Origin: a virus
Taxonomy: Duplodnaviria; Heunggongvirae; Uroviricota; Caudoviricetes
Virus record (IMG/VR): IMGVR_UViG_3300042465_005697
Location: 1 to 28,279 of that record
Length of the DNA: 28,279 bases
Direction: 5' to 3' (one strand)
This document shows positions 23,950 through 28,279 of this stretch, one piece after another. Both the position numbers and the translations under genes were made by a program. The notes under the pieces are model-generated. The model saw only the letters and a program-made list of their open reading frames with translations, searched no databases and was not told the origin of the DNA. Each line of letters starts with the position of its first letter. Position 1 is the stretch's first letter.

Positions 23950-24237
23950 ATGAAAATTGTTATAACAGAAAATCAACGTCACTTGTTGAGAAGACATAAG
24001 GAAATTGAAGATGAGATATATAGTCAATTACTGGGTTATGGATATCTTCCCCATAATCTTGAGAGTTTTATGGGTGAGATAACTTGGGATGTGGGATCAA
24101 CTCTTGCCGGTAAAATGATCCCTAACGTGGTTGGGGGTGACTATGTAACCTTAAGAAATCAAATCATCCACTACATTAGAAATAATTTTTATGATGAATT
24201 AAAAGAGTATTGGGAAAGTCGCCAACCAAGATATTAA
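23950..24237 (+). CDS. RR family, class C tag
   Basis: MKIVITENQRHLLRR. Confidence 0.85.
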   Translation: MKIVITENQRHLLRRHKEIEDEIYSQLLGYGYLPHNLESFMGEITWDVGSTLAGKMIPNVVGGDYVTLRNQIIHYIRNNFYDELKEYWESRQPRY

Positions 24238-24243
24238 AGAAAT

Positions 24244-24416
24244 ATGAAATCATAGAAAACCAAAATTCTTTTATACGAAGAATTGAAATGATTGATGAAT
24301 TTTTAATGGAAGATTTAGATGTGATTGACCAAGATATTTGTGATTATAATTTTTTTTCATTATACTTTACATATGAATCACGAAAGAGGTTTAAGACAAA
24401 TTCAAAAAATATTTAA
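24244..24416 (+). pseudogene. frameshifted remnant of a class C RR/CDY gene
   Basis: ATGAAATCATAGAAAACCAA equals the 18777 start minus 7 nt; shifted frame reads ENQNSFIRR...ICDY. Confidence 0.65.
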
Positions 24417-24741
24417 AATATGTTATCCGTCACTAACGGCAGACATTACCTATCAATGTGGTTTTTATCATATTGACATTCTCAATGAACATACATCTGT
24501 TTATAATCCTACAAATTTTTCACCCATTTATCGTTTTATAGTTCGTAGAATAGGACATTCGGATGTTTATTATGATGTTGATGATAAAGACATTTACCAA
24601 TATTTTTATAATGTTTTACCAAATATGGTTGGTAAAATTATGATTCATTCCAAAACCCAATATACCGAAATAAAAAAAACGTTTTATGATGAAAATTACG
24701 ATTCCAATTACCACATACCATTCCGTTCCGTAAAACAATAA
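24373..24741 (+). CDS. hypothetical protein
   Basis: Probable start MNHERG at 24373. Confidence 0.6.
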   Translation: MNHERGLRQIQKIFKICYPSLTADITYQCGFYHIDILNEHTSVYNPTNFSPIYRFIVRRIGHSDVYYDVDDKDIYQYFYNVLPNMVGKIMIHSKTQYTEIKKTFYDENYDSNYHIPFRSVKQ

Positions 24742-24764
24742 TTGGAATATTTATAGGTAATATT

Positions 24765-25484
24765 ATGAAAAAAAAGATAATTGAGAAAATATTAACTTTA
24801 GTCCAACGAAAATATCCGTTTGTTAAAAATTTAAAGAGTTTAAAGACTAAATACAATTATGATACTTGGAGTGTACTTGTTGATAAAGACAAATACTTGG
24901 ATTATTTTAACGCTACTGAGGATATGTTGGATACTGATTTGGTTGTTGGGTATGTTGATAGATTTCTTCAAATGAAATATTGGGATAGTGATTTACAGAA
25001 TCTTGGAGCTGAGATTGATAAATATATTGGTGGTGTTATAAAAATAATTATTGGTTCATACCCCAAAATAAAAGATCTTGAATTTGAGAGTATCGGATCA
25101 TATTATATGGATAAAAAACAAAAACAAATGGAACATAATTTAAGTAAAATAATAAAGAGGGTCATTAAGGAATCCGAATTAACTCATTACGCAAGAAGGA
25201 TCCAAGAATTGAGGGATTTAATAAACAATCAAGTTGAGATGCAAGATCCTTGTAATTTTGAGGATGGTGATGAGTATGCTGATTTTTGTATCTCAACAGG
25301 TATGGGTTGGTTTTTTGGGTTTGATCCGTGGAGTGATACTGATTATAGTGATGACGAAGAAGTGGTTAGACCAACTAATCCTGATATTAGTGTTGACGAT
25401 TATAATAAAATAAATACTGAGATGACCAATGAGTTCTATGATGATCTTGTTGCGTTGTGGGATGAATATTCTGAAGAATGTTAA
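24765..25484 (+). CDS. two-domain fusion: KYPFV domain, internal tag, RR/PCNF domain
   Basis: TATTTATA at 24748; internal MEHNLSKIIKRVIKES then YARR...DPCNF. Confidence 0.8.
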   Translation: MKKKIIEKILTLVQRKYPFVKNLKSLKTKYNYDTWSVLVDKDKYLDYFNATEDMLDTDLVVGYVDRFLQMKYWDSDLQNLGAEIDKYIGGVIKIIIGSYPKIKDLEFESIGSYYMDKKQKQMEHNLSKIIKRVIKESELTHYARRIQELRDLINNQVEMQDPCNFEDGDEYADFCISTGMGWFFGFDPWSDTDYSDDEEVVRPTNPDISVDDYNKINTEMTNEFYDDLVALWDEYSEEC

Positions 25485-25486
25485 AT

Positions 25487-25831
25487 ATGAAAAAAATTAT
25501 AAAATTAACTGAGTCAGATCTAGTTCGTATTGTAAAACGAGTTATATCGGAGGCAAATGTTGGATACGTTAAAGGAACTCGTGGGATTGAATCCGAAGTG
25601 TTTTCAAATGTATTAAAGAAATACATTGAGATTGTACCAGAAATGAAAGTCACAATTGAACCAATAATAAATTCAAACCCCCTTGAGGTTAAGTGGAAAG
25701 ATAGACAAATAATTAAGGATGCCTTTGGTAAAGTTGAGGAATGGTGTCACAATAACAACGATGATGTGTGTGGTGAAGTACTTGATTATACCGCAGGTGA
25801 TAGATCAACAATTGTAAATTTAATACCATAA
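25487..25831 (+). CDS. hypothetical, class B tag
   Basis: Start moved to MKKIIKLTESDLVRIVKRVISEA. Confidence 0.85.
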   Translation: MKKIIKLTESDLVRIVKRVISEANVGYVKGTRGIESEVFSNVLKKYIEIVPEMKVTIEPIINSNPLEVKWKDRQIIKDAFGKVEEWCHNNNDDVCGEVLDYTAGDRSTIVNLIP

Positions 25832-25896
25832 CAATATTTTACAACTTAATGAATATTTATATTATGTAAGATTGAATTAATTAAACAAAAATAATT

Positions 25897-26490
25897 ATGG
25901 AAGAAAAAAAATTAAAAGAAGAACTTTTTAGAGAAATAAAAAGAAGAGGTCTAATGGAACAGGAAGATGATTCCGAAAATGAAACTGAAGAAGAAGGTGA
26001 TGGCAAATTGTATAAATTAAACAGTAAGACCATTAAAATCTTAACAGATAGAATTAAAGATGAGTACACCGCACACTATTTTTATAGAGCAGCAACGAAT
26101 TGGTGTAGAGATAAGAACTACAAGAAAGCTGCAGAATTTTTTAATAATGAGGCGGATGATGAATTAACTCACGCAAAGAAACTTCAAGAATATATGACAG
26201 ATTTTAATATCATCCCTGTCATCCCACAAGCACCGATTGATCATAAATTTGATGGTTTAATTGAAATTATTTATGGGGCATATAAAATGGAATTGGCATT
26301 GATGAAAGCATATAATGAAAATTCAAAAGATTTGTTCTCGGATGATATGACAACATTTGACTTCTTAGGTGAATTTAGAGAGATCCAAAAGGGTGCGGTT
26401 GTTGAATATAACGACTTAATTAACGGAAGTGAATTGGTCGACACCAAAGACAAATTCCAAGTATTATACTTTGAACAAACTTATTTCTGA
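25897..26490 (+). CDS. ferritin-like protein with N-terminal extension
   Basis: DEYTAHYFY, FFNNEADDELTHAKKLQEY, AYKME, TTFDFLGEFREIQ match non-heme ferritin (FtnA-like) helices. Confidence 0.85.
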   Translation: MEEKKLKEELFREIKRRGLMEQEDDSENETEEEGDGKLYKLNSKTIKILTDRIKDEYTAHYFYRAATNWCRDKNYKKAAEFFNNEADDELTHAKKLQEYMTDFNIIPVIPQAPIDHKFDGLIEIIYGAYKMELALMKAYNENSKDLFSDDMTTFDFLGEFREIQKGAVVEYNDLINGSELVDTKDKFQVLYFEQTYF

Positions 26491-26510
26491 TAAGAATAAA
26501 ACCTACTACG

Positions 26511-26539
26511 AACCCCATCCTCAGCAGGTGGGGTTTTTT
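26511..26539 (+). terminator. intrinsic terminator
   Basis: ACCCCATC-ctcagca-GGTGGGGT then T run. Confidence 0.8.
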
Positions 26540-26694
26540 AATGTTTTGTTAATACTCACATAACATACTTTCAACATTTTATGCCTATATATTGTATATG
26601 GTAATATTTTCACTAATAAGCGTGTCATTCATTTTAAGAACAATATTAAAAGATCGTAAGGATTATTTTAAATTCATAAATAAATAAATTCATT

Positions 26695-26710
26695 TATCTT
26701 TGTATTTATG
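26695..26710 (+). promoter_or_regulatory. adjacent TAnnTTTG and TATTTAT motifs
   Basis: TATCTTTG-TATTTATG-aat-ATG. Confidence 0.6.
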
Positions 26711-26713
26711 AAT

Positions 26714-27163
26714 ATGGAGATCACCGAAAAACAAGAAAAGGGTATTGAATTATTAATAAAAGGTTTAAGACGAAAGTTTCCTTTTATTCTTGGTGTGGAA
26801 ATTAGAGAAATAACGGAATTCCATATTTGGGTGGTTATTATCGTTGAATTTACTAGGTTTTTAAAATTCTATAATGTACCACCAAGTCGTTTCCATTTAA
26901 AATATGGGTTAGAAACTAGTAAAGAATATTTTGAGGGTTATAAAAACCCGGGATATTTAATGGGGTTAGTTGATGAAGACCATAAAGATGAATTTGGTAA
27001 CGAATATAACAATAAAATGGAGAATTTTTTGAGTGGGCTATATAACTCATTACCGGAAGAATATACACTACAATATAATGGTAGAGCCAATTTGATACAA
27101 ATATGGGGTTACCAAATAGAAGTAGATGTGGATGGAGAATTCCCCACCCACACCGATTCTTAA
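26714..27163 (+). CDS. KFPFI-domain hypothetical, short class C-like tag
   Basis: MEITEKQEKG...RRKFPFI; start could also be 26708. Confidence 0.75.
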   Translation: MEITEKQEKGIELLIKGLRRKFPFILGVEIREITEFHIWVVIIVEFTRFLKFYNVPPSRFHLKYGLETSKEYFEGYKNPGYLMGLVDEDHKDEFGNEYNNKMENFLSGLYNSLPEEYTLQYNGRANLIQIWGYQIEVDVDGEFPTHTDS

Positions 27164-27585
27164 CCAATACTTATAATTTCCAAATCAAAGATTAGTTTTT
27201 TTCCTGATAACGGATGGTTAGCATCAAGGATAACTACCTCATCCTTAACTTCAAGAACTTTCGCATTAACAGGACCTTGTGGTGTCATTGCTTGTAACAT
27301 TTCGCCAGCTTGAACTCCTTCAGGAACTTGTGTTCTTGGAACTTCATTTACCATTTGATCATTTGGGTGACCATATGCCTCTTCAGGACTAATTTCTACA
27401 GTCTTCTTTTCACCGATTTCCATATCAATTAAACCATTTTCAAATCCTTTAATTAAAGATCCTTCACCCAATTTAACGGTGATAGGTTCTCTACCTTCAT
27501 CCAACGATGAGTCAAAAACTGAACCATCTTCCAATTTTCCTGTGTAATGTACTGTTACAACATCACCATTTTGTACTTTTCCCAT
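27160..27585 (-). CDS. slyD: FKBP-type peptidyl-prolyl isomerase, short SlyD/FkpB type
   Basis: VTVHYTGKLEDGSVFDSS, LIKGFENGL, PEEAYG, LDANHPLSGKKLIFDLEI; IF domain present, no His-rich tail. Confidence 0.9.
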   Translation of the reverse strand: MGKVQNGDVVTVHYTGKLEDGSVFDSSLDEGREPITVKLGEGSLIKGFENGLIDMEIGEKKTVEISPEEAYGHPNDQMVNEVPRTQVPEGVQAGEMLQAMTPQGPVNAKVLEVKDEVVILDANHPLSGKKLIFDLEIISIG

Positions 27586-27656
27586 ATTTTATTTGTTTTT
27601 TATAAGTGTAGAAATATTTTTTTGTAATGTAAAATGTTTTTGTAGTATTTATTAAT

Positions 27657-28244
27657 ATGAATTCACCAAGTCGTAATAAAATTAAACAAATCTTAAGGGA
27701 AACATTGTTTTATACTCCATCGGAAAAAATGAAGAACTCAATGTTTAAGTTATGGGATAAACAAAAATCTAAAGGATTAAAGCCCGAGGTGAATACCGCA
27801 TTGGCAAAATCTATGGGATTACACAGTACCTCAATGTTGAATGATTGGGTTGTTGAGTGGTATGGTGGTGTTGACGTGGTGTTTGGTATGATTAAAGAAG
27901 ATTTAGACAACAAAACTTTTACTACAGATGAATTAGGTAGTATATATCACGTTAATATTGGTAATTATGATTTTACATTTGAATTAACTAACCTTAAAAT
28001 GCGTAACCAACGGTCTCGTGATCCAGACATTAGTGTTGATATGGAAATACTTGATGGTGGGGTTGAGTTAATGACCGATGGTGAATATTATGATCTGACA
28101 AGAATTAACGAACCTGGATATATTTATGATGATTTATTGTGGGAGATTAAAATGGAAATAAAAGGGATTATTGAAGAATTTGCGTGGAAAGTTATTGGTC
28201 AATATAGATTCAATGCCGATTCGATTAGTGTTGAACTTATTTAA
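27657..28244 (+). CDS. hypothetical, class A tag
   Basis: TATTTATT 3 nt upstream; NKIKQILRET. Confidence 0.85.
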   Translation: MNSPSRNKIKQILRETLFYTPSEKMKNSMFKLWDKQKSKGLKPEVNTALAKSMGLHSTSMLNDWVVEWYGGVDVVFGMIKEDLDNKTFTTDELGSIYHVNIGNYDFTFELTNLKMRNQRSRDPDISVDMEILDGGVELMTDGEYYDLTRINEPGYIYDDLLWEIKMEIKGIIEEFAWKVIGQYRFNADSISVELI

Positions 28245-28252
28245 TAAAGATA

Positions 28253-28279
28253 TATTTATAATAAAAAAGGAATGAAATT
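28253..28279 (+). other. TATTTATA motif and start of a truncated ORF
   Basis: ATG at 28272 runs off the window. Confidence 0.55.

Noticed and set aside
16581-25831. Integron-like cassette array
   Set aside because: No integrase and no attC-type sites; units carry their own promoters.
2891-27913. Short track ORFs nested in or antisense to longer genes (2891, 4293, 5779, 9531, 11035, 13066, 14430, 16741, 18726, 18835, 19447, 20070, 20625, 20956, 21274, 22118, 24638, 25387, 25881, 26271, 26916, 27710)
   Set aside because: Shadow frames of better-supported genes; hydrophobic low-information sequence typical of AT-rich off-frames; no promoter or tag context.
281-28260. TATTTATA as antisense T4 late promoters (TATAAATA on minus strand)
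   Set aside because: Position is tied to plus-strand ATGs, the last base varies (A/T/C/G), and there are no matching minus-strand genes.
1-28279. Stop-codon reassignment as seen in some large phages
   Set aside because: Standard code already gives dense tiling, and TAA, TGA and TAG all end genes at plausible boundaries.

Overview
AT-rich, densely coded, almost entirely plus-strand window that reads as the accessory region of a large tailed phage, probably infecting Bacteroidota. Support: TAnnTTTG promoters (several with a spaced TTTG -33 box), A-rich starts without Shine-Dalgarno sites, LFSC lipoproteins. No core virion or replication genes are present, so this identity is an inference. Recognisable genes: HAD phosphatase, HNH-like endonuclease, ferritin-like protein, FKBP/SlyD-type PPIase. 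The main signal is about 26 otherwise different small genes sharing N-terminal peptide tags of three related classes (MKELIRHILKEE, MKIIITESQ, MKKIIKLTESDLxRIVKRVxxE) that end in [ILV]-x-E. All lie in units headed by a TATTTAT motif, while genes behind only the host-type promoter lack the tags. This suggests a large late-expressed, capsid-targeted, protease-matured cargo repertoire built from shuffled cassettes. A gene-poor 10.9-16.3 kb stretch holds palindromes, inverted repeats, C/G tracts and two convergent structured-RNA candidates (possible origin or packaging region). An unannotated ArfA-like 37-aa ORF opens the window. All protein similarities and coordinates were judged by eye; no searches were run.
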